Positions 49,863 through 59,076 of a stretch of DNA of 64,000 bases are shown one piece after another (the stretch's first letter is position 1; every line of letters starts with the position of its first letter). The DNA comes from Nitrospirales bacterium (GTDB lineage Bacteria; Nitrospirota; Nitrospiria; Nitrospirales; UBA8639), in NCBI GenBank assembly GCA_963555755.3, contig OY820905.2, positions 3,616,001-3,680,000 on the forward strand, written 5' to 3'. Made by a program: the position numbers and the translations under genes. The notes under the pieces are model-generated. The model did no database searches, was not told the origin of the DNA, and saw only the letters and a list, made by a program, of their open reading frames with translations.

Positions 49863-50440
49863 AACCGGCACTCCCTCAATGGGCAGGCGATATCTTGTCA
49901 TATGCCGGAAAACGCGCTCTTGTTGGAATGGTGCTTGTGGGGTCTTTGATCGTAGTCGGGTGGTCTCTCACTGCACGGGTTTCGCTGATTACAGAAGCTC
50001 ATTCCTCCATTCAGTCGGCGTTTCTTCTCGATCGGGAGTTAACGACTCTTCGTACGAAATGGTCGGGACCCGTTCAGGAGGAGATCGATCAAGAAGTGCG
50101 GCAAGCTGATGCGCAACTCATTCAAGGGTTTGAACACACCGTGCGATGGTTGGAAAACGTGCGTGCGCAGTCGTTGAAACTTGGTTTTTCTTGTGAACAT
50201 TCGCTTGGTCAAACACTTCCTGCCCCAGAACATCTGGTGGGGGTTCAACTCTTGCCGGTCAAATTTGTCTTGGGGGGTGAGACCCCCCAGGGATCGTACG
50301 AAGCTATGATCGAACTTCTTCGGGCCTTGGACGAGGGGCAGGTCAGGGTAGATCTTCAGGAAATGATAATAACCGGTGATGGCAATGGGGTTCAGCGTAT
50401 CGTGATTCAGGTATATGTCTGGATGAAACATATAGGATGA
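49859..50440 (+). CDS. PilO/GspM-like protein
   Basis: TM, coiled coil, GSYEAMIELLRALD motif; gene order. Confidence 0.55.
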   Translation: MKPALPQWAGDILSYAGKRALVGMVLVGSLIVVGWSLTARVSLITEAHSSIQSAFLLDRELTTLRTKWSGPVQEEIDQEVRQADAQLIQGFEHTVRWLENVRAQSLKLGFSCEHSLGQTLPAPEHLVGVQLLPVKFVLGGETPQGSYEAMIELLRALDEGQVRVDLQEMIITGDGNGVQRIVIQVYVWMKHIG

Positions 50441-51000
50441 AAAATGTTCTGAATAACCCTTGGGTTGTTGGCGGGTTGTGTGTCGCAGCCTTGGTGAGTG
50501 TCTTCGTGAGAGTGGTGTTTCCGTTGTGGGGAAATTCGGTCCAAGCCAGGCCCGCGTCCAGCCAAACGGCTTCCAATATGGAGCAGGTGATTGCCATGCT
50601 AGAAGCGACCACTGAAACCAAAAAGGGGAAGAGGGCGGCGGAGCAAGCCGGGACGCACTTGACTCAAGAACTGGTGGGTTGGGTTGATTCCTTTCCACGG
50701 GATCCTTTTCGACCACCACCCGCAAAACCAACCAAGAAAGAAATACTGACGCAGGTTTCAAAATTTAACCCTCCCCCTAAACCTTTAAGTTCAAGGTTGC
50801 AGCTTCAGGCTGTGTCCATGCAGGGGAGTCAGAGAATAGCCATGATTAATCGAGAGGTGGTCCTTGAAGGGGATCGTGTTGAAGAATTTTTCGTCCTTCA
50901 AATCCAAGCAGATGGTGTCTGGGTAAAAGGGCCACGCGGGAAAGAACTCTTAGGGTTTGAAGCAATTGAGAACGATGCAGACGAACTCGATATTTCCTAA
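50437..51000 (+). CDS. PilP/MshK/GspB-like protein
   Basis: RDPFRP and LQLQAV...IAMINREVVLEGD...I.ADGV motifs. Confidence 0.6.
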   Translation: MKNVLNNPWVVGGLCVAALVSVFVRVVFPLWGNSVQARPASSQTASNMEQVIAMLEATTETKKGKRAAEQAGTHLTQELVGWVDSFPRDPFRPPPAKPTKKEILTQVSKFNPPPKPLSSRLQLQAVSMQGSQRIAMINREVVLEGDRVEEFFVLQIQADGVWVKGPRGKELLGFEAIENDADELDIS

Positions 51001-51082
51001 AGCCCTCATGGGTGGCAATGTCGGGGAAGGATTTTTCTGATAGGAGGAGGAGAGCCTTGGACTTTTTGGCGGAATCCTTAAA

Positions 51083-51244
51083 CCTAGAAACGGCAGTTGG
51101 ATCACAAAAGTCCGCGCAAGCCCTTGGCGCACCTGGCAAAATACAAAAAGGTCTCATCACCAGAGAGGTGACACGACTTTTTGTATTTCACCATGCACAC
51201 CAATATCTTACACGTCTTTTTTGCGCCCAACTGCCGTTTCTAGG
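51083..51244 (+). mobile_element. MITE family D copy 2
   Basis: CCTAG...CTAGG ends; 5-bp TSD TTAAA (51078-51082 and 51245-51249). Confidence 0.88.
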
Positions 51245-51255
51245 TTAAAGAAATC

Positions 51256-52923
51256 ATGAAAACGATAACCATTCATTCATCAGTGTATCAGGCTCGATTC
51301 CTGGCCAGGGTTCAAACGGATTGGGTAAAGGATTGGTCGGTCCTTTCCTGGGTCGGACGGGGGACGGAGTTGCGGCTGGATTCTTGCAGGCGAGTTCTCT
51401 TTGTGTCGCTTTTCTGGGGCATGGTTCTCATGGCCTGTGTCTTTTCTGTTGGATGTGCCACGGTGCAAGAATCAGAGACCCCCGTTGATGAATCACAAAA
51501 TCCTATCAAATCTTTGTCGGCACCGAGCTCTACTCTTCCTTCTTCCTTAGAGCCTGAACCTCCTGTTCCTCCCCAGCCATCTCCTTTTACCCTTGAAGAA
51601 CGGATGTCGTTTGGCAATTCTTTGGAAGAGAATGATGCAGAAAAAGAACCAGAGCAACGCTATAGTTTTCGGGCGCAAGAGATGTTGTTGGCTGATGCCC
51701 TTCGGCTGTTTGCTCGAGCGAATTCCCTCAATATCGTAGTGGGGCCTGAAATTAAAGGATCGGTGACCGTCGACTTTCAAGGCCTGTCGCTCAGAAAAGC
51801 TATGGTCGCGCTGCTGGATGTACATGGTTTCTACTGGGTAAAGGAAGGCGAACTGATGATCGTTCGTCGGTTGGAAACCCGAACATTCACTATTGATTAT
51901 ATCCGTTTGGTGCGTAGTGGAATTGGTCGAAGCGTAGCGAAATCGACATCTGGATCATCCTCGGGTAGTTCCTCGGGGGGCGGCGAAGGGACTGTACAAG
52001 TTGGCCAAGAGGACAGCGTCAAATTTTGGGAAGAATTGGAACAACAATTGAAAACCATGATTTCTGAGGAAGGCCGCTTCGTGGTGAATCGCCTGTCAGG
52101 CACAATTCAGGTGACGGATCTTCACCGGCGGGTTGAAGAGATTGCGGAATTCTTAAGTCTCCTTCGTCGGTCTTTATACAGGCAAGTTGAGATCGAAGCT
52201 CGAATTTATGAGGTGGCATTAAATGATGATTACAGCCTTGGCATTGATTGGAGTCGGATCGATCTCGGTACAGTGGATGGCACAACTGGCAGCCTGGCGT
52301 TAGAAAATATTATTGGCATCCCGGCTGGGGGTTTTACCGCTAAGGCGGTGTCTACCACGCTCAGTTTCGTCGGAGGAAGTTTTGAGGCAATGCTCACAGC
52401 GTTGCATGAACAAGGGGAGGTCAGGGTTATTTCCCAACCTCGTTTATTAACAATGAATAATCAGCCGGCTCTCATCAAGGTGACTACGGATGAATCGTTC
52501 TTTACTCAAACTGTTTCACAGGGATCTGGTGGAACAGGCAACGTGATCTCTGAGCAGGTTCAGAGTGTGTCGGTTGGGCTGATATTGTCCATTACACCAC
52601 AAATCTCGGAAGACGGCTGGATCATGTTGGATGTGACGCCGATTATTACCCGGCTGAGTGAAATCGTCGAATCACCACTGAAGACAGCCACAGCACCCGT
52701 TGTTGAGGTCAAACAAATCTCTGCATTGGTGAGGCTTCGGGATAGGGAAATGGTGGTGCTTGGCGGATTGATACAGGACCGCGTCTCCCACACAGAGAGA
52801 AAAGTGCCTATACTGGGTGATCTTCCGTGGTTGGGTCGGATATTTAAAGGGACGTATGATGTGAAGGAAAAAACCGAGTTGGTGATTTTTCTGTCGCCCC
52901 GTATCGTTGGCGTGGACTCATAA
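51256..52923 (+). CDS. Secretin (MshL/GspD-like; true start probably downstream)
   Basis: Lipobox-like SVGC, ETRTFTIDY, Ser-rich loop, QVEIEARIYEV, KVPILGDLPWLG and ELVIFLSPRI motifs. Confidence 0.9.
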   Translation: MKTITIHSSVYQARFLARVQTDWVKDWSVLSWVGRGTELRLDSCRRVLFVSLFWGMVLMACVFSVGCATVQESETPVDESQNPIKSLSAPSSTLPSSLEPEPPVPPQPSPFTLEERMSFGNSLEENDAEKEPEQRYSFRAQEMLLADALRLFARANSLNIVVGPEIKGSVTVDFQGLSLRKAMVALLDVHGFYWVKEGELMIVRRLETRTFTIDYIRLVRSGIGRSVAKSTSGSSSGSSSGGGEGTVQVGQEDSVKFWEELEQQLKTMISEEGRFVVNRLSGTIQVTDLHRRVEEIAEFLSLLRRSLYRQVEIEARIYEVALNDDYSLGIDWSRIDLGTVDGTTGSLALENIIGIPAGGFTAKAVSTTLSFVGGSFEAMLTALHEQGEVRVISQPRLLTMNNQPALIKVTTDESFFTQTVSQGSGGTGNVISEQVQSVSVGLILSITPQISEDGWIMLDVTPIITRLSEIVESPLKTATAPVVEVKQISALVRLRDREMVVLGGLIQDRVSHTERKVPILGDLPWLGRIFKGTYDVKEKTELVIFLSPRIVGVDS

Positions 52924-53750
52924 TGGTCACTGACCTTCAGGAATGTTACCAACCATTGGGTTTTACGGAGCCTCCTTTTCGGATTACTCCAGATACGGAT
53001 TTCTTTTTCCCAGGAGACCGTCACCTTCAAGCCTTAGACCATTTGCGATTTGGGGTGGCGAGCGGTGGATTAACACTCCTGACTGGTGAGGTCGGGACTG
53101 GCAAAACGTTACTCTGTCGCTATTTCCTTCGGCACCCTCCGAAGGGCATTCGGTTCGCCTATCTCCTGAATCCTGATCAATCCTATGTTGACCTACTGAC
53201 CTCTATTTATGAAGATCTGACGGGTCTCATGCCAGAGGATCGAACGATTGGGGCTCTCCAACGTACGTTACACAAGTTGCTCCTTCAGTTGGCGGATGAG
53301 GGAGAGCGGGTCGCCGTGGTGGTTGATGAAGCACATCGGTTGAGTGGAAAGGTGTTGGAAGGCCTGAGACTCTTATCAAATTTGGATACAGAAAAAGAGA
53401 AACTCATGTGTTTGTTGTTCGTAGGCCAGCCTGAATTAGAGCAGACTCTTTCCAGTCGTGCCCTTCGTCCGCTGTCTCAACGAATTAGCAACCGATTTCG
53501 GTTGACACCCTTTAATTGCCGAGAAACCACGAGGTATATTCAACACCGTCTTCGGATTGCAGGGCGTCATTCCAGGTTTCAATTTCCCAAACGTGTCATG
53601 GTGTTAGTCCATTTTATGAGTGGAGGGGTGCCTCGGCGTATCAATCAAATATGTGAACGTGGCCTTCTTGCGGCGTATTCCCAAAAGAAGACTAAACTGG
53701 GTGTTCGGATGATATTGCGGGCCAGGCGTGAAATTCTTGGGCTGGCGTAA
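52923..53750 (+). CDS. ExeA/MshM-family AAA ATPase
   Basis: PFRITPD, TGEVGTGKT, VDEAH, VGQPEL and GGVPRRIN motifs. Confidence 0.9.
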   Translation: MVTDLQECYQPLGFTEPPFRITPDTDFFFPGDRHLQALDHLRFGVASGGLTLLTGEVGTGKTLLCRYFLRHPPKGIRFAYLLNPDQSYVDLLTSIYEDLTGLMPEDRTIGALQRTLHKLLLQLADEGERVAVVVDEAHRLSGKVLEGLRLLSNLDTEKEKLMCLLFVGQPELEQTLSSRALRPLSQRISNRFRLTPFNCRETTRYIQHRLRIAGRHSRFQFPKRVMVLVHFMSGGVPRRINQICERGLLAAYSQKKTKLGVRMILRARREILGLA

Positions 53751-53844
53751 GCCGGAATCCGTGGCTCGTCGCTCGTGAAAAAACGAAATTGGAGCAACGT
53801 GCAACAAGCGACGAGCGACCGTTTTTCTTCACGAAATACGAACT

Positions 53845-55026
53845 ATGAGCATTGTCACTGATACGCTTAATCGTCTTCAGATTGAGCGGTCAAGGCTAAC
53901 CAGTCAACCAGAGTCTGCGTCCTCCTTACCTGAGGAATTGTCAGAGTCTGCACCCCCTTCCCCTGAGGAACCTTCACTATTTTCTCCTCCAAAGGAAAAC
54001 CATCTTGCCCCGCAGGCATCCTCTTCAATGTTGAGAAAAGGCATTCGTCTTGTAGCGATTCTCGCCGTACTTGGGGGGATAGGTCTGGGCGCCTATGTCT
54101 GGGGCCTCAGTCTCGTTCCAGAAGTCGTACCGTTCAGCTCGCCCTCAGAGCCAATTGTCGAATCAACTGAATTAGGTTTTCAGCCCGCTGAATTGGCGAG
54201 TGTCGTTCCCGCGGAGGCGACGACCTCAAAGGAAGATCTTGTTGAGGAGCTAGCGACTCAGAGCGTGACGGCTCCGACTTTGGCTGAATCAGGACAGCCT
54301 GCTATTGAAGCCACCCCATCGGTATCAAAGAAAGAAAAACCTAAGTTGGAGCCCCTCTCCACGGCGAAGCCAGTTCCTTCTTCATCAGACAGTCGACAGG
54401 CTCGTTTGAGTTCTCCCTCAGAGAATGGCGTGGCCCCGACCATATCTCAGCCTCCCCCCTCGAGGCGAAGTGCGGGAACAGATGGGAGCCTAGAGACAGA
54501 CAAAGGATCAAAGAGAGCCCAATCCCCAGTCACGGTGCCTCCATCGGCCACCTCGTCGGCAGCCAAGTTAGTACGTGCCCAATACTTGATTAAAAAGCGG
54601 CAATATGGCCAAGCGGTCACGATGCTCCAACCTCTGTTTGTGAAGCCCCCTGATCGTTGGGAACCCTGGTTTTGGCTTGGAACCGCACAGTTAGGATTAG
54701 GACAGTTGGAGGAAGCCGAGGAGTCTTTTGTAGAAGGATTAGCGCGAGATGCCACGGTGCCTCAGTTGTGGGTGCAACGCGCACTTGTAAGTCAACAACA
54801 AGGAAAATTTGGAGAAGCCCTGGAGGCACTTCGTCAGGCCGAACTGATTGCTCCTCAACTGCCGGAAGTCCAACTGAATCTCGCCTACTCCCTCGAAGTT
54901 CAAGGCCACATCGAACCTGCCGTGGACCATTATCACACCTTCTTAGCCCTGACCGAAGGAAACCCTGCCTACTACCCCGCCAGAAGAAAAGTCCTGGAAC
55001 GAGTCATTCGGCTGGAAAAAACCTAG
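53845..55026 (+). CDS. TPR protein with GspB/MshN-like architecture
   Basis: MSIVTDTLNRL N-terminus, TM, Pro/Ser-rich linker, C-terminal TPRs. Confidence 0.75.
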   Translation: MSIVTDTLNRLQIERSRLTSQPESASSLPEELSESAPPSPEEPSLFSPPKENHLAPQASSSMLRKGIRLVAILAVLGGIGLGAYVWGLSLVPEVVPFSSPSEPIVESTELGFQPAELASVVPAEATTSKEDLVEELATQSVTAPTLAESGQPAIEATPSVSKKEKPKLEPLSTAKPVPSSSDSRQARLSSPSENGVAPTISQPPPSRRSAGTDGSLETDKGSKRAQSPVTVPPSATSSAAKLVRAQYLIKKRQYGQAVTMLQPLFVKPPDRWEPWFWLGTAQLGLGQLEEAEESFVEGLARDATVPQLWVQRALVSQQQGKFGEALEALRQAELIAPQLPEVQLNLAYSLEVQGHIEPAVDHYHTFLALTEGNPAYYPARRKVLERVIRLEKT

Positions 55027-55027
55027 C

Positions 55028-55145
55028 CCGTCGCTGATGACAAGACCGTCGTTGGTATCTCGCATCTCGTATTTCGTGAAGAAAAAACATTCGCCTTTCG
55101 TTCTTGGACGAAATACGAACGACGGTCTTGTCTACGAGCGACGGA
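55028..55145. repeat. Long intergenic inverted repeat between convergent genes (related to 53759-53841)
   Basis: CCGTCGCT..GACAAGACCGTCGTT..CGTATTTCGT / ACGAAATACGAACGACGGTCTTGTC..AGCGACGG. Confidence 0.7.
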
Positions 55146-55171
55146 TCAAATCTCCAACTCCACATTCGTGA

Positions 55172-55582
55172 TTACAGACGTGGTGTGTTCCACCATTCCC
55201 TGATCCATCCTACAAGCTGTGTGAAGGGATTCTCTGGTTCGGGGTCAGAGTGTTCTTTCCAGAGTTCTTGAGTGCCGAGATACGTGTCACCACGAAAATG
55301 GAGGCGGCTTCGAAGTTGGGTGTAGCCTTTTTTGTGAAGTTGAGCTATGAGATTGAGCAAGGCCTCGGCTTCAGTTACTTGAGAGTCGGCAGACAGGAGG
55401 AGTTTTTCGTACCGAAAAGTAGCTTGATAATGACCTTCGAGGTGGTTCATCTCAACCTGTCGATTGAATCCACGTTCTCGATCATCCAGGCCAGCTATTT
55501 CGTATGTGTTTGTTGAAGGCGGAAGACTCATGAGGTTGGTGTTACTCTTCAGATTGAAAGATGTGATCTTAACATGAGGCAA
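55172..55582 (-). CDS. Hypothetical protein (start may be MSLPPS)
   Basis: Plausible ORF filling the gap; no motif I can name. Confidence 0.6.
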   Translation of the reverse strand: MPHVKITSFNLKSNTNLMSLPPSTNTYEIAGLDDRERGFNRQVEMNHLEGHYQATFRYEKLLLSADSQVTEAEALLNLIAQLHKKGYTQLRSRLHFRGDTYLGTQELWKEHSDPEPENPFTQLVGWIREWWNTPRL

Positions 55583-55670
55583 AGCATCCTTTCGAATTTG
55601 TGATAAACTGAGTGAACCAATAAATACCTTAGGAAAGTTTTTGAACCTTCTGCTTCATTCCAATTAAACA

Positions 55671-57341
55671 ATGTCACTCATTCACGGCCTTCATTTCAAC
55701 AACATTCGTGGAGATATCTACGGCGGTGTGGTCGCGGCCGTCGTGGCCTTGCCACTGGCCTTGGCCTTTGGGGTTGCTTCTGGAGCTGGCGCCATTGCTG
55801 GGCTGTATGGAGCCATCTTTTTAGGGTTTTTTGCTGCTGTATTCGGAGGAACTCCTGCGCAAGCCTCAGGGCCTACCGGCCCCATGGTCGTTGTGGTGGC
55901 AGGGCTCTTCTCGCAATTCAGTGAAGAGCCGGCATTGGTGTTTACGATTGTCATGTTGGGCGGGGGACTTCAGGTTCTGTTGGGTGTGTCGGGAGTGGGG
56001 CGGTTTATCGCGTTGGTTCCTTACCCGGTGATTTCAGGATTCATGAGTGGGATTGGCGGGATTATTCTTATCCTACAGGTAGGACCCCTTGTGGGGCATG
56101 CTGCCATGACCGGTGGAGTGTTGGCGAATTTGACTGCGATTCCTGAATTCTTCAGCGCTCCCAATGTTCAAGCCCTGATGGCCGGATTGATCACCCTCGC
56201 CATCGTGTATTTCACCCCGCCTGTCATTGGAAAAATTGTGCCCCCTTCATTATTAGCGCTCATTGTTGGTTCTCTTGCGACCTTTTATGTGTTCCCCACT
56301 GCACCACTGATTGGAGAGGTGCCTGGAGGATTTCCTATTCCTATTGTCCCCACACTCCATATGGATGGCCTGGTATTGGTGATTGAGAGTGCGATGGTGT
56401 TGGCGCTACTCGGAAGCATCGATAGCCTCCTCACTTCCATGGTCGCGGACAATATGACCCGGACCCATCATGATTCTAATCGAGAATTAATCGGTCAAGG
56501 GATTGGCAATATGGTGGCCGGCCTGTTCGGTGGGTTGCCGGGAGCAGGGGCCACGATGAGGACCGTGGCCAATATTCGAACCGGAGGCCGAACACCAATT
56601 TCCGGTGTGTGTATGGCCATGGTGTTATTGGGTGTGTTGTTGGGACTTGGTCCCCTGGCTGAACAGATTCCTTTAGCGGTATTGGCAGCACTGTTGTTCA
56701 AAGTTGGGATTGACATCATCGATTGGCGATTCTTGCGTCATGTGTTTCAGGCTCCGCGGGCGGATGTCGTGATTATGACTGTGGTGTTTCTCATGACGGT
56801 GTTGGTGGATCTAATCACGGCGGTGGGTGTGGGTGTTGTGATGGCGAGTCTGTTATTTGTGAAAGAAATGGCTGATTTGGAATTGGCCAACTTGCGAGTG
56901 ATTTCTGGAACGTCCGAAGAGGTTCCACTGTCGAGTGCCGAACAATCGGTCCTGGATCGAAACAAGGGAAAGATTGTGCTCATTCATGTGGATGGCCCCA
57001 TGAGTTTTGGATCGGCAAAAAATATGGTGCGGCGATTGGAACGGATTCCAGAACTACGCACGTTTAAAAGCGTGGTCTTGGATTTGTCCGATGTCCCGGT
57101 GATTGATGGCACAGCCGCTTTGGCGATTGAAGATATGTTGCGAATGATCAAGTTCAACAAGCAGCACTTGTTCTTTTCCGGCATGCAGCCGAAAGTCGCC
57201 AAGATTCTAGAGGGACTTGGCGTACTCAAAATAATTCGGCCCGGGCATCGATATGCGTTACGACTTGATGCGTTACAACATGCGGCCTATGAAGCCGGTT
57301 CGACCCATCCTGATGATCTATCCAGGGATAGGAACAGGTGA
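55671..57341 (+). CDS. SulP/SLC26 anion permease with STAS domain (BicA-like)
   Basis: GDIYGGVVAAVVALPLALAFG, SGPTGPM, LGSIDSLLT and GAGATMRT motifs; STAS LDLSDVPVIDGT. Confidence 0.92.
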   Translation: MSLIHGLHFNNIRGDIYGGVVAAVVALPLALAFGVASGAGAIAGLYGAIFLGFFAAVFGGTPAQASGPTGPMVVVVAGLFSQFSEEPALVFTIVMLGGGLQVLLGVSGVGRFIALVPYPVISGFMSGIGGIILILQVGPLVGHAAMTGGVLANLTAIPEFFSAPNVQALMAGLITLAIVYFTPPVIGKIVPPSLLALIVGSLATFYVFPTAPLIGEVPGGFPIPIVPTLHMDGLVLVIESAMVLALLGSIDSLLTSMVADNMTRTHHDSNRELIGQGIGNMVAGLFGGLPGAGATMRTVANIRTGGRTPISGVCMAMVLLGVLLGLGPLAEQIPLAVLAALLFKVGIDIIDWRFLRHVFQAPRADVVIMTVVFLMTVLVDLITAVGVGVVMASLLFVKEMADLELANLRVISGTSEEVPLSSAEQSVLDRNKGKIVLIHVDGPMSFGSAKNMVRRLERIPELRTFKSVVLDLSDVPVIDGTAALAIEDMLRMIKFNKQHLFFSGMQPKVAKILEGLGVLKIIRPGHRYALRLDALQHAAYEAGSTHPDDLSRDRNR

Positions 57342-57467
57342 TCAGGTTCCTCTGGGTCTGTGCTTGTGGGTTTTGCCAAATTGCGCACACCGATGACGAA
57401 ACCCCCTTTCCCATTGCTTTTGGTCATTTCCTTGTACACGGACGCATGGTTGTGTTGAGGAGTCATT

Positions 57468-58952
57468 TTGGTCTTTGCTATGGTCTGGACCGCAATACTT
57501 AATTGGGAGGCGGCATTGATTAATTCTAGGTTTTACAACATATTTTCTCTGGGAACAGTGGCCCTTCTTTTGGGCTGGCCCGACCTGCTGTGGGCTTCCG
57601 AAAGTTCTGCCCCCCAACTTGATCTCACCAATTCCGCTGTCGGGTATTTTGCTTTAGCCATATTTGTGGCGGCCTATGCGTTGGTGATGGCCGAAGAATT
57701 TACCCACCTACGCAAATCCAAACCCGTAGTTTTAGCAGCGGGGATTATTTGGGTGCTCGTGAGTCTGGCTTATCCCGGAAGCGACCCACATGCGGTCGAA
57801 CAAGCCATCCGCCATAATATTCTGGACTACGCCGAGTTGATGCTCTTCCTCCTGGTGGCAATGACGTACATCAATGCCATGGAGGAGAGGCTGGTGTTTG
57901 AGAGTCTGCGATCCTGGTTGGTGCGGAAAGGCTTTACCTATCGGCAGCTGTTTTGGATTACCGGCATTCTGGCCTTCTTTATTTCGCCAGTGGCAGACAA
58001 TCTGACGACGGCCTTACTCATGTGTGCGGTGGTCCTCGCGGTCGGGTCAGACAATCCTCGGTTCGTCAGTTTGGCCTGTATTAATATTGTAGTGGCAGCC
58101 AATGCCGGAGGGGCGTTTAGTCCGTTTGGCGACATTACGACCTTGATGGTCTGGCAAAAAGGAATCGTGGAATTTTCCACGTTTTTCTTGTTGTTTGTGC
58201 CCTCGGTCGTCAATTTCCTGGTCCCCGCGGGGATTATGCACTTTGCCGTGCCCCAGGTATCGCCTGCGCCTTCGGATGAAGTGGTGGAAATGAAACGTGG
58301 AGCGCATGTCATCATGTTGCTGTTTCTCTGCACCATTTGTACGGCCGTGAGCTTTCATAACTTTCTGCATCTCCCGCCGATGGTCGGCATGATGACTGGC
58401 TTATCCTATCTTCAATTTTTCGGGTATTACCTCAAGAAGACGCATAACCAGTATGCCGAACCTGGAACGTGGAGTGAGGAAAAAGCCCAAGAACGAATCG
58501 GCGATGTGGTCCCGTTCAATATTTTTCACAATATTTCCCGAGCGGAATGGGACACCTTACTCTTTTTCTATGGCGTGGTTCTTTGTGTTGGGGGGCTTGG
58601 GTTTTTAGGATATCTGGCGGTCGCGTCTCAAGTCATGTACATCCAATGGGGCCCCACCTTGGCGAATACGATGGTTGGGATTCTTTCCGCGATTGTGGAT
58701 AACATACCCGTGATGTTTGCGGTGCTGACCATGAATCCGGATATGTCTTTGGGTCAATGGTTGTTGGTGACGTTAACCGCGGGTGTGGGGGGGAGCATGT
58801 TGTCAATCGGATCTGCCGCAGGAGTGGCACTCATGGGACAAGCCCGAGGCATGTACACCTTCTTCAGTCATCTCAAATGGACTCCAGTCATAGCCCTGGG
58901 CTACGTCGCCAGCATCCTAGTCCATTTGTGGATCAACGCCAGTTACTTTTGA
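57468..58952 (+). CDS. nhaD: NhaD-type Na+/H+ antiporter
   Basis: EEFTHLRKSKP, ADNLTTAL, ANAGGAFSPFGDITT, VDNIPV and SIGSAAGVALMG motifs. Confidence 0.92.
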   Translation: MVFAMVWTAILNWEAALINSRFYNIFSLGTVALLLGWPDLLWASESSAPQLDLTNSAVGYFALAIFVAAYALVMAEEFTHLRKSKPVVLAAGIIWVLVSLAYPGSDPHAVEQAIRHNILDYAELMLFLLVAMTYINAMEERLVFESLRSWLVRKGFTYRQLFWITGILAFFISPVADNLTTALLMCAVVLAVGSDNPRFVSLACINIVVAANAGGAFSPFGDITTLMVWQKGIVEFSTFFLLFVPSVVNFLVPAGIMHFAVPQVSPAPSDEVVEMKRGAHVIMLLFLCTICTAVSFHNFLHLPPMVGMMTGLSYLQFFGYYLKKTHNQYAEPGTWSEEKAQERIGDVVPFNIFHNISRAEWDTLLFFYGVVLCVGGLGFLGYLAVASQVMYIQWGPTLANTMVGILSAIVDNIPVMFAVLTMNPDMSLGQWLLVTLTAGVGGSMLSIGSAAGVALMGQARGMYTFFSHLKWTPVIALGYVASILVHLWINASYF

Positions 58953-59006
58953 TCCACCGCCCCAGCCCTAACATGGTCATTTCTAAAAGGGTCCTTTACT
59001 TTAATG

Positions 59007-59076
59007 GGGGTCAGACTCGATTTAATAATGAAGCGTGACTGGTCGAGCGTGTGGGGGTATTAAATCGAGTCTGACC
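59007..59076. repeat. REP-like palindrome interrupted by the group II intron
   Basis: GGGGTCAGACTCGATTTAATA ... TATTAAATCGAGTCTGACC|CC(61049-61050)TTTTT gives a perfect 21-bp stem after intron removal. Confidence 0.85.
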
